Source of the DNA: Eledone cirrhosa
Lineage: Eukaryota
Direction of reading: 5' to 3'
Length of the DNA stretch: 64,000 bases
Assembly: GCA_964016885.1 (NCBI GenBank)
Contig: OZ024753.1
Span: 19,344,001 to 19,408,000, forward strand
Below are positions 1 through 19,539 of the stretch, one piece after another. The number at the start of each line of letters is the position of its first letter. Position 1 is the first letter of the stretch. The notes beneath the pieces were generated by a model. That model was not told the origin of the DNA, ran no database searches, and was given only the letters and a program-made list of their open reading frames with translations. The translations under genes were made by a program, and so were the position numbers.

Positions 1-3
1 GTG

Positions 4-42
<39 letters not shown>

Positions 43-189
43 GTGTAGATATATGTATATGTGTAGATATATATATATGTATATGTATATATATATGTAT
101 ATATATATATATTTTTCTTTATCGATCGACTTTCGTCGAATCGGACCGAGGAAACAATTTTTCCGTTGGTCTTTCCAGTTGCTAGTACT

Positions 190-327
190 ATCTATCGGTC
201 GCAACTCCAGGTAGAAGGAGCAACGTGAAATAAAGTGTCTTGCTCAAGGACATAACGCATCGCCCGGTCCAGGAATCCAACTCACAACCCCAAGATTCTG
301 AATCCAATTTTCTAACCCCTCAGCCAC

Positions 328-328
<1 letters not shown>
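190..328 (-). mobile_element. tRNA-derived CORE-type SINE fragment
   Basis: Minus strand reads gtggctgaggggttag (A-box-like)...gagttggattcc (B-box-like)...tgtccttgagcaagacact (CORE-like). A related decayed copy lies at ~19030-19137. Confidence 0.6.
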
Positions 329-2060
<1,732 letters not shown>

Positions 2061-2293
2061 TAATATATATATATACATACCTTTAATATATATCAAGCCC
2101 GTGGCCTAATACTGTGAAGCCATCTCCTTAATAATTCCTCCATGTTTCAACAAGTCCATTATGGATTAAATTGAAATATGGGTAATTAGTTTCACATGTC
2201 CATTTATTTCGTTGTGTACGATATTTCTTAAACAATAATGGTATACAATTGATGGATCTTAAAGTAGAGATCACGTGAACATTACCCACGGTT

Positions 2294-2324
<31 letters not shown>

Positions 2325-2430
2325 GAATGAATTTAGTCTTTCATCAGTGATCTTCCAGCCTTACTTGGTATTTTATCGCTGGTTTGTGCGAGCAACGGCT
2401 AAAGAAAGTCGTTATATATATATATATATA

Positions 2431-2638
2431 TATTGTTATACTTTGGGAGGGTCATGTTGCCAATAAGAAACACACGCACCAGTTGCTTTCACTTCAATTT
2501 ATTATATATAATAAATTGAAGTGAAAGCAACTGGTGCGTGTGTTTCTTAATGGCAACATGACCCTCCCAAAGTATAACAATATCGGATTCAACACACGAT
2601 TTCAGATAAAGAATCTTGCTAAACATATTCAAAAACGA
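2431..2638 (+). mobile_element. Short fold-back element (family shared with 49668-50447)
   Basis: 2431-2583 is a near-perfect palindrome followed by a ~55-nt unpaired tail (tcggattcaacacacg...aaacga); flanked by (TA)n. Confidence 0.85.
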
Positions 2639-2653
2639 TATATATATATTTAT

Positions 2654-2691
<38 letters not shown>

Positions 2692-3305
2692 GAAAATTAG
2701 GATTGGTGCTCTGAAATAGCGAGTTATACATGAATGTATGTATAGTGTATTTGGTAATACAATGTATGCCTAATTAAAACACATTTTGAAGACCTTGCGG
2801 TATTATTTTAAGGTAGTGACTATCTCACTTACTTCTTTCTTCAACAAACGAAGGGCGATAAGCTGACAGATCTGTTTCACACTTTTGGTGATCATCAGAA
2901 CTTAGCACTCGGTGACCTTTGTTGAAAATTATAGGGGCTGGATTCTAATAGAATTCCAGTAATAATCAGGAACTGATTATGCCGGTCCAGCAAAAATTGA
3001 AAATTAGGATTGGTGCTCTGAAATAGCGATGTATACATGATGCTGGACCGGCAATCGCTCTGTATAATCAGTTCCTGATTATTACTGGAATTCTGTAAGA
3101 ATCCAGCCTCTATAATTTTCAACAAAGGTCAGCGAGTGCTAAGCTCTGATGATCACCAACAGTGTGAAACAGATCTGTCAGCTTATTTCCCTTCGTTTGT
3201 TGAAGAGAGAAGTAAGTGACATAGTCACTACTTTAAAATAATAGCGCAAGGTCTTCAAAATGTTTTTAATTAAGCATACAGTATATTGCCAAATATACTA
3301 TACAT
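2692..3305 (+). mobile_element. Fold-back element with a hammerhead motif in each arm
   Basis: ~2738-2992 is inverted relative to ~3041-3305. The loop sequence gaaaattaggattggtgctctgaaatagcga is also present at 2692. Confidence 0.85.
3140..3185 (+). ncRNA. Type I hammerhead ribozyme motif
   Basis: taagct-CTGATGA-tcaccaacagtgt-GAAA-cagatctg-TC-agctta. Stem I taagct/agctta, palindromic stem III, GUC cleavage triplet. Mirror copy at 2859-2904 (-). Confidence 0.88.
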
Positions 3306-6546
<3,241 letters not shown>

Positions 6547-6589
6547 GAAAATAAAACAAAGAAGCCTTCAATACATCAAAAGTCTTTAT

Positions 6590-6631
6590 TTGCCAACAAT
6601 GTTTCGTCCTATTAAGGACTCATCAGGGCAA
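6590..6631 (-). ncRNA. Minimal type I hammerhead ribozyme motif
   Basis: Minus strand: ttgcc-CTGATGA-gtcct-taat-aggac-GAAA-cattg-TT-ggcaa. It lies near the 3' end of an AT-rich element (~6545-7960) that terminates in (TA)n. Confidence 0.85.
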
Positions 6632-7573
6632 TTAAAACAACAAGAAGTATTATCGGCCAATACAAGCCGAAAACTCCGAAGAATATGGAGTGTACATACA
6701 CTAAAGTATTGCAAGATTATGGGTAAAAGTATATAATAAAAATCACTAAGGAGGTGTATAATATTTAGAACCATATTACAAATATAGTCCAAAGCAAAAA
6801 AAAAACCTAGAGCTAAACAAAGGTGTTATATAGAGCGGGAATTATATATAATAATATATAATATAATATAATATACTTGTAACAATATTAAAATTAAAAT
6901 AAAATAAAATAAAAATAAAAATTAAAAGGCACAATATACATATGTATATATGTACGCACACGTACGCACATATACATATACATCAATACACATATCCATC
7001 ATTAACAGCACAAATTAAACCTTATTAAGAGTTTAAACATAAATAAGCATGATAGGAATAAAAATAATAATAATACGTATATCTAATATACATGAAGTAG
7101 TGAAATGATTAAAAGTAGCACATATAATATATACTAAACTATGTAATTATATAATATATAATATAATATAATAGATAATCACCGGTTAATTTACACAAAC
7201 AATATAGATGTCACAATAATACTATAATAATAATATAATAATATATATATAATATATAATGGCATGTAAGTTAACAAATCAATTCATATAGAGTTACAGA
7301 GTAGGTGAGAAAAAATATAAATTGTACAATACCCAAAATTATGATGGTACAGAAATATAAACATCTTACATGATATATAAAATTTAACATATCATAATGG
7401 TACATAAAGTCAACGGTAAGTAATAAGGATCAATAGTACAATAACAACTACAATATAAAATAATGAACATAATATAATATATAATTACTTATAATTACAA
7501 GGTTGGTAAACAGAGATATATGTGGATGAGTGAGTAAGGGCCAGACAGAAAATAGAATGCACAGTAGTATTAA

Positions 7574-7604
<31 letters not shown>

Positions 7605-7955
7605 AATCAACCGGAAATTAAACAACAAAAACAAAAGTATGTACTTAGGTCTCTCATGCAGTTAAGTAAAAACTTAGGAAACAACCCAGGTAAATGACTC
7701 GAAAACCCTATTTGATAAATTAATATTGAAAATATTTAAAATATCTAATAAGGCAATACAATATTAGCTATGGTTTAAGTAATCAAAATTTATAAACATT
7801 AATATTTCACTACAAATATATATATAAAGGAATGAAATTTTCTACTATCATTTACATAACGATATCTAAAAAACTGACATAAGCAAAATTATGGTAGGCT
7901 AATAGGGACAGAAAAAATGAGGGTGTTTAACTCCAACACGCTCCAGTATTTTAAT

Positions 7956-8005
<50 letters not shown>

Positions 8006-8009
8006 ATAT

Positions 8010-8800
8010 AAGATACCTGGCCATACTGACAACAGATTTTGCAAGAAGCAGTGAATTGATATGTTGAGCTAGGAAGAGAAGAGGCTGAAATCATGTTGTG
8101 CCAGCCTCAACATGTCTTCACAACTGAGCAATGTTGAACGGTGTAAGATGATCCAGGCCTTCAGTAATGTTACCAACATTTATTCTCTGGCTTTCATTGA
8201 AAAACCATCAAGTAAATTGTGAATAAGTTGAAGTGGAAATAGTGAAGAGGTAAACTGGATCAGGAGGTCATCATTTCAATCTGGAGTTGAAGAGATCAAT
8301 AAGAAGAGATCCTACTCAATCCATATGACACTTCCCACGTGAAGGAGTTTCAACTATGACAGTTCAAAGGAAAATGAAATCGTACATGAGACTTGTGAGG
8401 CACGTTATCACCCCAGGACAAAAGGTTAGAAGGTAGGAGAAGGTTGGATCATCCTGAACAAAGTGAAACATTATCCTGGGTGATCTTTTACACAGATGAG
8501 AAGTATTTCACCCAAGATACGTACACAAACAAACGCAACAGCCGTGTTCTGGCTTCAGATACTCACAAGAGTAATACAAATGTCATTTTCACGTGCAAAA
8601 GCCCTGCCAAATTGCTGATTTTCGCCTGCGTGGCATCTGATGCAGAGAAGATGCCATTGCGCATGCTTAAGAAGTCTGAGAGACTGACAGGAGTTTGATA
8701 TAGTCAGGTTTTGAAAGATGTAAAGACCTCGATGTTTTCTGAATATCCTGAGACAAGAGACGAGAGAAACCTCGACAAGATCGCTAAGGACCTCAAGTTT
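8010..8800 (+). mobile_element. Decayed Tc1/mariner-superfamily (possibly maT/DD37D-like) transposase
   Basis: ORF 8444-8698 WVIFYTDEKYF..NKRNSR..KSPAKLLIFACVASD..KMP resembles the first-D region; GSGGH motif upstream (~8257); stops and frameshifts present. Confidence 0.65.
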
Positions 8801-9044
8801 ACATTACAGAAGATCCCGTTAAGAGTGAAAGCACCGATTCTTTGCTTAAACTTTAATCTGTTATTTTAATAAATATTTGCGCTACGGTTCTTATATATTT
8901 GATATATATTCATCGTTATCGAGACCTCTTTGGATTTTAGTCTTCAAATTGATAATTATTACTATATATATATATATACATATATATATATTTACATATG
9001 TGTGTGTGCATGTGTTTGGGGGGTCTCTCTGTGTGTGTGTATCC

Positions 9045-9190
9045 CAGGTTCAACTGGGGATAATCACAGTAAGTAAGGTACTCAATATATAGGAGAGTAT
9101 AAATATTATTATAGAAATGGTTTCTACAGGACTATAACTGTTTCATTCGAAGGAACACAGTTCTAGTCCTGTAAAAGACATTTCTATATT
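9045..9190 (-). mobile_element. Short fold-back element (family shared with 48898-49080)
   Basis: Hairpin tacaggactataactgtttc...cagttctagtcctgta plus the tail gtaaggtactcaatatat, which matches 49030-49075 in reverse. Confidence 0.7.
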
Positions 9191-9233
9191 AAATATATCT
9201 ATATCTATATATATATATATATATGTCTGTGTG

Positions 9234-9294
<61 letters not shown>

Positions 9295-9301
9295 CTGTGT
9301 G

Positions 9302-9356
<55 letters not shown>

Positions 9357-9387
9357 GTATACATGTATATATATATGTGGGTGTGTG

Positions 9388-9439
<52 letters not shown>

Positions 9440-9442
<3 letters not shown>

Positions 9443-10160
9443 ACGAGTAAGACCCCGACGGCTGAGCTCAAGCCGTTTCGACGGCTAATTCTGGACTAAA
9501 TGAAAATTTATCCGGGTATATAAATAGCCGAGCTTCTCAAGGGGTAATTCCATATATGGTCAAAGTGATTGTTACAAGGATTGGTCACAAGTTTGTAGTA
9601 ATTATGTGATGGCAAATTAGAGGGGGAGAGAGCTATAGCTAGAGACTTAGGTCGTAGAAATTGCTTATATGTTTTTCTTTACATTTATTCGCTTTTTATC
9701 AATCTCAGTATTTTTTTTTCATATATATATTTTTACCAATATTGTTCTACTTACCGTTTCGACTTCCTCCCCCTCCCCCTCCCTAGTATCTTCTTTGACC
9801 TCATGCCCAGCTGTAGCCGGCACTACACAACGTATGATTGGGTCTACTCCACCCCCTCCCCTTTTTCTCCTGCTGGCAGGTTTAGCCACCCTCTCCCCCA
9901 CTAATTTGCCATCACAGAATTACTACTAACTTGTGTCCAATCCTTGTGACAATCACTTTGACCATATATGGAATTACCCTTGAGAAGCTCGGCTATTTAT
10001 ATACCAGGATAAATTTTCATTTAGTCCAGAATTAGCCGACGAAATGGCTTGAGCGCAGCCGTCGGGATGTTACTAGTTCCTATTACCCACTCTACTACCC
10101 TAAGTATTGAGTACTTTAGTGCGTTATGGTCCACGTGGTTCCCTACCACATCTCCTTCGT
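9440..10160 (+). mobile_element. Fold-back element with U3-A8 variant HHR in both arms
   Basis: 9440-9622 is inverted relative to ~9900-10080, with an ~80-nt tail to 10160. Same family at 13445-13645 and 47185-47345. Confidence 0.88.
9452..9545 (-). ncRNA. Type I hammerhead motif, U3-A8 core variant
   Basis: Minus strand: acccc-TTGAGAA-gctcggcta...tagccgtc-GAAA-cggcttgagctcagccg-TC-ggggt. Plus-strand copy at 9976-10067. Confidence 0.8.
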
Positions 10161-10226
10161 TATATATATATATATACATATATATATAAATATCTACATA
10201 TATATATATATATATATATATATACC

Positions 10227-10412
<186 letters not shown>

Positions 10413-10421
10413 CATATATAA

Positions 10422-10537
<116 letters not shown>

Positions 10538-10545
10538 CATATATG

Positions 10546-10581
<36 letters not shown>

Positions 10582-10684
10582 GATATATAGATATATTGAG
10601 GTTATATTTAATTTGTTGGGATACAAATAGTATATTTTTATAACTCTAATAAAGCGCTCAAAAATTATTGGAGTAAATATACAA

Positions 10685-10921
10685 TATATTAACAAATGGA
10701 AACTATATTTATAAAACCATATTTATTTCATCATGCTTATTTCAAGGGCCACCAGGGCAGATTATGGTGCGCTTTCATCATTTTTCAGGGTATGTCAATA
10801 TTTATTTATAAAACTAATCTATATTTTATTTTATCTGATTAAAGCGTACCATAATCTGGCCTTGAAATATGTATAATGAAATAAATATGCTTTTATAAAT
10901 ATCGTTTCCATTTGTTAATAT

Positions 10922-10925
<4 letters not shown>
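10685..10925. mobile_element. Fold-back element with degenerate HHR (family also at ~41735 and ~53785)
   Basis: The terminus tattaacaaatggaaac is mirrored by gtttccatttgttaata. 10828-10883 reads tttat-CTGATtA...GAAA-tatgta-TA-atgaaa. Confidence 0.7.
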
Positions 10926-11014
<89 letters not shown>

Positions 11015-11045
11015 GTACATATATATATATATAGACATATATATA

Positions 11046-11113
<68 letters not shown>

Positions 11114-11157
11114 CATATATATATATATGTGTGTGTATGTATATATATATATGTGTA

Positions 11158-11220
11158 TGTATACGTACATACATATATGTATACAGACGTACAGTAGTAT
11201 GTATATATATATGCATACAT

Positions 11221-11252
<32 letters not shown>

Positions 11253-12188
11253 GTACGTATGGATTCACTGAACATTTATTATAATGCTTGGTGTGTTTGT
11301 ATACAAACATGCCGTATTAAGCCGTAGTGTCTAGCAACCATCGTTGCTCATTTGTTCAAAACTGACAAATGAACGCTGTACTAGTTTCAAGCTTATTAGC
11401 TATCGTCAGCAACGTATACCATCCTGCCAGATGGTTGAACATCTGAAAGTTTAAACTTTCCTTATGCACATTAAAGGCTGAGCAGCTTAATTTGCATATC
11501 GAGTAAGTTAATCAGCCGGGGTATCGAAAACGATAAACGGAAAAAATGAAACTAAATCTCATTTCCCATTCTTAGTACGGCTGTTACTTAAATATAAGTA
11601 TGTATACGTACATACATATATGGGATGTTTGTTTATAAACACACCGAGCATTACAATAAATGCTCGGTGAATCCATACGTACATATATATATGTGTGCAT
11701 GTATGTATATATATATACATACTACTGTACGTTTGTTTACAATTATGTACGTATACATACTTATATTTAAGTAACAGCCGTAGTAAGAGTGGGAAATGAA
11801 ATTTCGTTTCATTTTTTTCCGTTTATCGTTTTCGGTACCCCGGCCGATTAACTCACTCGATATGCAAATTAGGCTGCTCAGCCGTTAATGTGCATAAGGA
11901 AAGTTTATATTTTAGACGTTCAACCATCTGGCAGGAAGGTATACGTTGATGTCGATAGCTAATAAGCTTGAAACTAGTACAGCGTTCCTTTGTCAGTGTT
12001 GAACGAACGAGCAACGATGGTTACTAGACACTACGGCTTAATACGGGATTTTTGTTTACAAACATACCGAGCATTATAATAATTGTTCGGTGAATCCATA
12101 CGTACATATATATATGTGTGCATGTATGTATATATATATACATAATATTGTACGTCTGTATACATATATGTATGTACGTATACATACT

Positions 12189-12190
<2 letters not shown>
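11158..12190. mobile_element. Family F retrozyme-like fold-back element
   Basis: 11158-11620 is inverted relative to ~11690-12190. HHR at 11373-11415 (-): acgttg-CTGACGA-tagctaataagctt-GAAA-ctag-TA-cagcgt. Mutated copy at 11943-11985 (+). Confidence 0.85.
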
Positions 12191-12220
<30 letters not shown>

Positions 12221-13368
12221 AAATATAAAATATAAAACAATTGTTTCTTCCTGACGAATGTGTGGAATCATCGGAGCATACACAATGTTTAAACAAGTAA
12301 TTATAATCTTAGTCTTCAGAACATTTATATAGATACATAACTATTGACATTGTCTGTAACATCATATTGAAAACCAGGAGTTACAAAAATATGTTATGTT
12401 ACAGATATCACAGTATAAGGAGCAATGGTAAGAAGTGAAATTTTAAGCATAATATATATAAAGATATTCTTTAAGGTGATAGATGTTCAAAAGATACAAG
12501 CAAAAAAGGTGTTAGAGAAGATAGATAAAAGATATCATAGCATTGAAAAGAAGGTAATATTAAGGGTATATAAAGCAAACATTAATAAAGGCATGCACGA
12601 GGTAAACATTATAAAATGAATAAATGAAGCATATTTCATACAGAATGTTAAAGCATGTTAAAAGTGTTAAATGTCTTAAAAATGTTAAAAATAGCATCCA
12701 ATATGGCAGAGAAATATGTTGTGATAAAGTGAATAAATGTTGTGTAAAGTATAACGTAAAAATCGTAAGTAAATAAGATAGGTAATTGTCATTCAAGAAT
12801 GTTTATATTAGATCTCGTGTATAAATGTATATGTTGGGTATCAAGCAAATGTTTTAAACATGGAAAGTTTTTAATTTTAGTTGTAATGTATTTGACTGTG
12901 TACAGTTTAACAATATGTGTTTAGTAAAGATTAATTCCACTGTATTACTAGCTATGTTTATATAGGAAATATATTATACAATGTATTCCTATCATTAAAT
13001 TTTCTGTTAAGAAATAGTTCACTTTGCTTTATGTGCAAGTTCTGTTAAGAGTTATTAGACAAAGTCTAATGTTAGAAATATCGTTAAATTGTTTTAACGT
13101 TATGAATTTAAAAAATAAAGGAAACGATATTCATAAGGGGAGTTAACAACAAAGGGAAGTAATTAAGGAAGTATTAAGGTTGATAATAAAAGAATGGTTG
13201 TTTTATTATTCTAAATTATTGTTTATTATCTATTGAAATTATCATTCATTAAATTGTGTTACAAATCAATATTTATAAATAAAAAATATTATTATTGATT
13301 ATTTATTAATTACCTATAAAAGTTATTTGTTCAGATTGTGTAAAGAGAGTTAAATTATTAATAACAAG

Positions 13369-13444
<76 letters not shown>

Positions 13445-13448
<4 letters not shown>

Positions 13449-13642
13449 AACCAGTAAGACCCCGACAGCTGAGCTCAAGCCGTTTCGACGGCTAATTCTG
13501 GACTCGTCCAGAATTAGCCGTCGAAACGGCTTGAGCTCAGCTGTCGGGGTCTTACTGGTTCCTATTACCCACTCTACTACCTCAAGTATTGAGTACTTTG
13601 GTGCGTTACGGTCCACCTGGTTCCTTACCACATTTCCTTCGT

Positions 13643-13645
<3 letters not shown>
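13445..13645 (+). mobile_element. Perfect hairpin (~57-bp arms, 2-nt loop) plus ~80-nt tail, family of 9440
   Basis: ggaaccagtaag...ctggac-tc-gtccag...cttactggttcc; arms identical by inspection; (TA)n on both sides. Confidence 0.9.
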
Positions 13646-13676
<31 letters not shown>

Positions 13677-13764
13677 TAACAGATTAAAGTTTAAGCAAAG
13701 AATTGCTGCTTTCAGCATTAACCGGATCTTAATTTATTATTATTATTATTATTATTGTTATTAA

Positions 13765-14500
13765 TCTTTGAGTCTCAGTCATTGATGTTAGTTAACTGGA
13801 AAGTTTATTGAAATGAATATCAAGCCACTACCTGCAGCCTCAGATATTCAGGACGTATCGGAGGGTTCTTGCTGTTCCCAGCAAGCATGCCTTTTGAAGC
13901 GTTCCAAAAAGCGTGAAGGGGCCAATTTTCCTTAACCATCCCTGGAAACCTTTTGAGATAGTCCCTAGTGCTCCTACGACAATCGGGATCACTTTGACTT
14001 CATGGCAGTTCCAAATCCTTTTTACCTCCCACTGGTATCGGTTAATTTTCTCCCTCTCCTTTTCTTGCACTCTCGTGTCGAATGGGCAGGTCACATCCAC
14101 AATCAGGCACGATCTTTTTTGCTTTGTCCAAAACCACCAGGTCAGGTCTATTGTGTTCCAGTTTCTTGTCCGTCTGTATCCCAAAATCCCACAGCACCTT
14201 CACCTGAACGTTTTCTATCACCGCCTCTGGCTTATGCTCATACCACTTCTCAGAATGTGGTAAATTGTTTACTTTGCATAGGTGCCAGTGGATCACCCTG
14301 CCCATCACATCACGTCTCCAGCCTTTATAGTGAGTCTGGGCTAGGTGTTTACACTCGGATACAATGTGAGCCACAGTCTCCTCTCTCTCTCCACAGAGCC
14401 TCCTCCTTGTAAATGTAGTGTTTCAACCACTTCGTTTTGAGGGCCTGCTCCTGCGCAGCCATTAACATTCCTTCTGTAGCCTTTTTAAGGTCTCCTCTTT
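13765..14500 (-). mobile_element. 5'-truncated R4/Dong-type non-LTR element (RLE domain and 3' UTR)
   Basis: HIVSECKHLAQ..HNRPDLVV..VIPIVVGALG..KACLLGTARTLRYVLNI; 3' UTR shared with 31970-32045; (TAA)n at both ends. Confidence 0.92.
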
Positions 14501-15358
14501 TATTATTATTATTATTATTATTATTAATATATATATATATTAAGAGAAAAAGAGAATCGGATTGGATAGTAGAAAGATAGTGTCAGTTGTGTAAGAATTG
14601 ATATTTGATTATAAAGAGTGAAACTAAACAATATTAGAAAATGTTTTGTAATTAGACATTTAATGGAAGCAAGAAGGGATAGAAGGTTTTGGCTGTAAAG
14701 AAAACTAGAGAAAACACATCAGAATGGATTGGATTGAGAATGTTCGTGTGTAGTGGTGCTTGATTTTAATTTTTGGGGAAAATGGTAAAATTTCCATGAG
14801 TACTTGTATGGAATGATATATAATACTATTATAAAGTACCAGTAATGCACTGGGATAATTGCTGGCCAAAGTAGAAACAATTATTAAAGATATATATAGA
14901 TATTAATTAAATATAATATAATATAGCAATTAAACGTGATTTATAAATTAATTGGAGTAACATGACAAGAACCTATAAAAGTACAGATAATTAATCAGAT
15001 ATATTACATTGGTGTTTGGCACAGGTTAGTGCTAGAGGACAGCAATCCATATGCTTCGGTAAGATGTGGCAAGGAAAAGCAAGTTTCCTCATCCATCATC
15101 ACTCCCTCACAATCTTATATAAATAAATAAATATATGTACATATGTATTTAAATCAGTGACAATTAAAGAAAGTAATTCACATCATTTTCAAACTTTTCA
15201 ACTATAGGCGTTTCACATGGGTGAACCGACAGTAACTTCACGTTGCACTCCCTATATATATATATATATATGATATTTTACTACACCCTCGTAAAGGCAT
15301 GGTGAACTCACAAGCCGAAACCGCTTGGCCTCGCGGTCGAGATTTTACGCATCTTCTC

Positions 15359-15705
<347 letters not shown>

Positions 15706-18024
15706 TTAAATAATGAGGTGTGAACCTAAAACAATGCGTATGTTCAAATTCTGCCATGGTCGGATATGCTAATTGATTTCTGCAAATACTAGATCCTGGC
15801 CTCAGTTTGAGGTTACCTTCCTTCCTCCTACCAGACTTGAAGAGCTGCTGAACAATATTGGCCGTTCTTCAGCCTGACTGCGCCATCAAATAGGTTGTAG
15901 TGATCACCTCTGACATTTCTTATTTCCTATTCTTTCTTCTTTTTAAAATTTTCAAACAACATGAAGACGTTTCGTATTCATACTATTAACGGCAGTTATT
16001 TGTGAAATGTTTGTCTAAATGTTTGTGCATGTGTGTTTGCCTGTGTGTGTCTCTATGGGAGTGTGTGTGTGCATGTGTGTGTGTATGACCGTGTGTGTCT
16101 GTGTGTGTGTACCTGTGTATCTATTTATGTGTGTGTGGTCACATAATTATATTTCTTTGCCATTACCAGCCACGTGGAACATAATGTAAAATATGTGTAA
16201 CATAAAACAGACACCGACAGTGTTGTGATTCCTGTTTGTAATGATGGTCTCACTTTCTTAATGATTTCAAGAATGCTATTTCTACAACAGGATAGTAAAT
16301 AATAAAAAATGAAAAGTGTAACAAAAATAATTTCTAGTATTTTGGTTTTAAATGTTTGGTATCTCTCTAAAACGATACACGTGCTTATTACACACACCAT
16401 CATGCATCAATAGACTACTCATCTGAACTGACATCATCCAATTGCTGCTCATTCATTATTGATTGTAATATGTTTTGTTTAGAAATTATTTTACATTGGT
16501 TCCAACATAACATATAGCTGGAATGAAAGAAAAAGAAAGTCCAGTTAAATTGAAAAACGATGGAAGCAATGAATCGTCCTAAAACGAATTTATACTGAAT
16601 AGGCCCAATGCACACGAATGCATTAATATCTAAATTTAAGCCATTTGAATTGTTTTAGAGAAAAATATCGAAATAAAATACAACATAAAAGTTACTGAAA
16701 TAAAATAGATTAAAAACGAAAACAAAATAATATTTATTTAGTAAATCGCAACCATTCATCCGAAATTTGCTTCGAAATGGGTTTAATATTTCAAATACAC
16801 TTGTATTTCTGCCAAATTTCCGCAGCTGTGCAATGTTGCTTCTAAAGAGAATTATATAACTGTAAATCTGTAAATATGAATGAGATAGGCAAAACTTTGT
16901 CATGAGAAAACAGTAATAACATCCATATCGTTTTAAAGGAACACCATTAACAGACACGATTGGTATAGAACAAAATGGCAAATATGTTTATCTCTAGATA
17001 CAAAATCAGTGAATATAAACAGAAAATAAAATAACTAAAACTGTAACATATATCCAACTCAAACATACTATTACCTAATTTAACATAATCATCTTCAAAA
17101 TGACAGCTGCCTGCAAGTGTAAACCAAATTCAGTGATGCAATTTTCACGATAAATCTGACTTAGAGCCTGATTTGATCAGCCCGTGTTAAAAATATGTTG
17201 ATTTAAACCTACCAGTTGACAGTATGCATACAATGATCGATTCTTCCTTTCATTCTGTTGGCGTTCTAGGGCGGCATATGGTTAGAATGTCTAAGGAAAA
17301 ATCGGTGGACAGATTTTACGGGCAAAACCAACCGAGCAAGCTGGTTGGATAACATTCATAAGCTTGGCTGGTCTCTAGGGATCCAGCTGGATCACTTTGT
17401 AAACGGTTGTTTCTCACAGGAACTACCGGAAGAAGTGTTTGCGGTGCCGCCCCCCCCCCCCCCCCACGACCCTCTCAGGAATAAGTGAGCGAAGATTCTT
17501 TTGGCGAAGATAGACTACCAGTTTTGTGTAATAGACTGGCAAAGACTTTAGAAATTCCAGTCGTATCGTTTACACTAATTGTTCCGGGTCTTTGCTTTTG
17601 ATTTCAAATCCCACTCTGGCTTATGTTTTGGAGGATAGTGTTAATAGGTTCCCATATTAACACATACACCTGGCTTAATAGGTTTTAGTTGAGTCCACTC
17701 TACTGTGAACAGGAATGATCATGTATTCCTCCTTCTACCTGTTTTGTGGGCCCTCATAATAGCCATAGGCACTGCAGTTGCACCTGCATACGCGAGGAAT
17801 ATTTTTAAAAAACTGTATATTCCCTATGATATTCCTAAATCCGAACCAAACGTAAACCTTACTTAGTTATATAGATTCCTTCAATTTCACTTTAACACAG
17901 TTGGATATAAATTCTATATTTCTGGAAGTGCAAACGTAGGCTCCAGACGTATTTATACTGTTTTAACCTAACCTCTTGTGCCATATTTCTCCAGCGTTCA
18001 TTTATATAGTTTTAATACCAACGA

Positions 18025-18175
18025 AAAGCGCTGAATTGGCAAAGTAGTTAGAACGTCAGATAGAATTTCGGTATTCAGCTCTCTACTCTATGAGTTCAAA
18101 TCCCGCAGCGGTCACATTTGCTTTTAATTCTTTCGAGGTCGTTAAAAAAATACCAATCTAGTATAGGGGTTAATC
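18025..18175 (+). mobile_element. tRNA-derived SINE with Meta-domain-like core
   Basis: gagttcaaatccc...gcttttaattctttcgaggtcgttaaaaaaataccaa; same family as 55750 and 63600. Confidence 0.65.
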
Positions 18176-18489
18176 CTTCCTCTATATCTCTTTCTTACTT
18201 CCATTTCCTCAGTTTCTACCCTTCATTGGAAGGACTTTGAGAGGGATGGGCTCCGCCAAGCTTCTGCCCGAGAAACACCGTATGTCACTACGGTGCTCCT
18301 ACACTCGATCAGGTTTTACGGGACTATACCATACCAACACCAACCATATAAATAAATAAGTCTGACTGCATAAATTCTCTGCTTGTTACGGCCTAATTCT
18401 ACAGCTTATTCAAAATTAAATGATTTCTGTCAGGTTGTACTCATCCCAAAGTAGATTGAATAAAGACGTATTTTATAACCTCGGCTTCC

Positions 18490-18862
18490 AGTAGTTTATA
18501 TATGGATTCTTTCAGAATCACTTATCGAGACCGGATTACTAATGTAGACGTGCTAAAGGGAAGTAAGCACAGGCTACTGCCTGACATCATCACTGAAAGG
18601 TAGCTGGAATTAGCTGGACACATTCTGCATATGTCTGAGTACCGGAACTACTCTGTGGCAATGAGATGTATCCCGGTTGATGGTAAACGGAACAAGGGAA
18701 ACCCAAGAATACTGGTGCTCAACTTTCAAAGAATATCTCCAGAGGATTGGAGTGGACAGGGAAACTACACAAGATGCCGTAACTGATCATGTAAATTTGA
18801 GAAGATCCATTGCTCAATATGGCCCAGGAGGGCAGAAGAGGACCTAACACTAAAACTAAGAC
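18490..18862 (+). mobile_element. RTE-like LINE 3' fragment, decayed
   Basis: Translates RITNVDVLK..DIITER*LELAGHILHMSEYR..GKRNKGNPR, typical of the RTE post-RT region. Confidence 0.7.
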
Positions 18863-19539
18863 TTCAACAAGTGACCGTAGCTGTCATCGTTAGACAACCT
18901 AGTGCCCCAGATGATCGAACAACGCAACAGCATGTTTCTGAAAAGAACGTGTAAGTGGCTGAACATTTCACAGACACGTGTATCTCTAACGCAATTTCCG
19001 GGAAAGAATCAACATTATTTCTACTTATGCGGGCTGGAGCGACATAAAATACATTGCCATGCTCAATGACGCAATGTACTGCCGAGAATTGAACTGACGA
19101 CTTTAGGATCGGGAGCTCAACACCTCCACTAAGCCATGTAGTTTCAAACAGTAATTACACAGGCATAATTCTACATCTTAAGGTCAGCAGGTAAAAGAAT
19201 GAAAGACAGGCAAAAGCCACCTTTCATTACAGTCATCATACTTGGGCCAACATATATCGGAAAGATGATTAATTGATCCAGAGAAACCATCAGCAATAGC
19301 CAGAGAATCGTTACGTTAGTTTGGTTTAGATTATTACTAGTGCGATCATCCACATTAATAGTTTCTCTTCCCTTGTTTACACTGAGGAGATCTTCCCTGT
19401 TATTGGCACCAGCTGGATATTTAATTAACATTGATTTGTGGTACATCAACCGTATCAACAAAATTAAATTGCCAAATTAAAGGGGACTTCTCCCAAGCGA
19501 ATTCTTTTATTTCCATTTAGTTCCAACGGTGTACTGTTA

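Noticed and set aside
12300-13365. Possible decayed Penelope coding region (also ~7600-7950 and ~63000-63400)
   Set aside because: Only isolated motif-like residues; too degraded to support.
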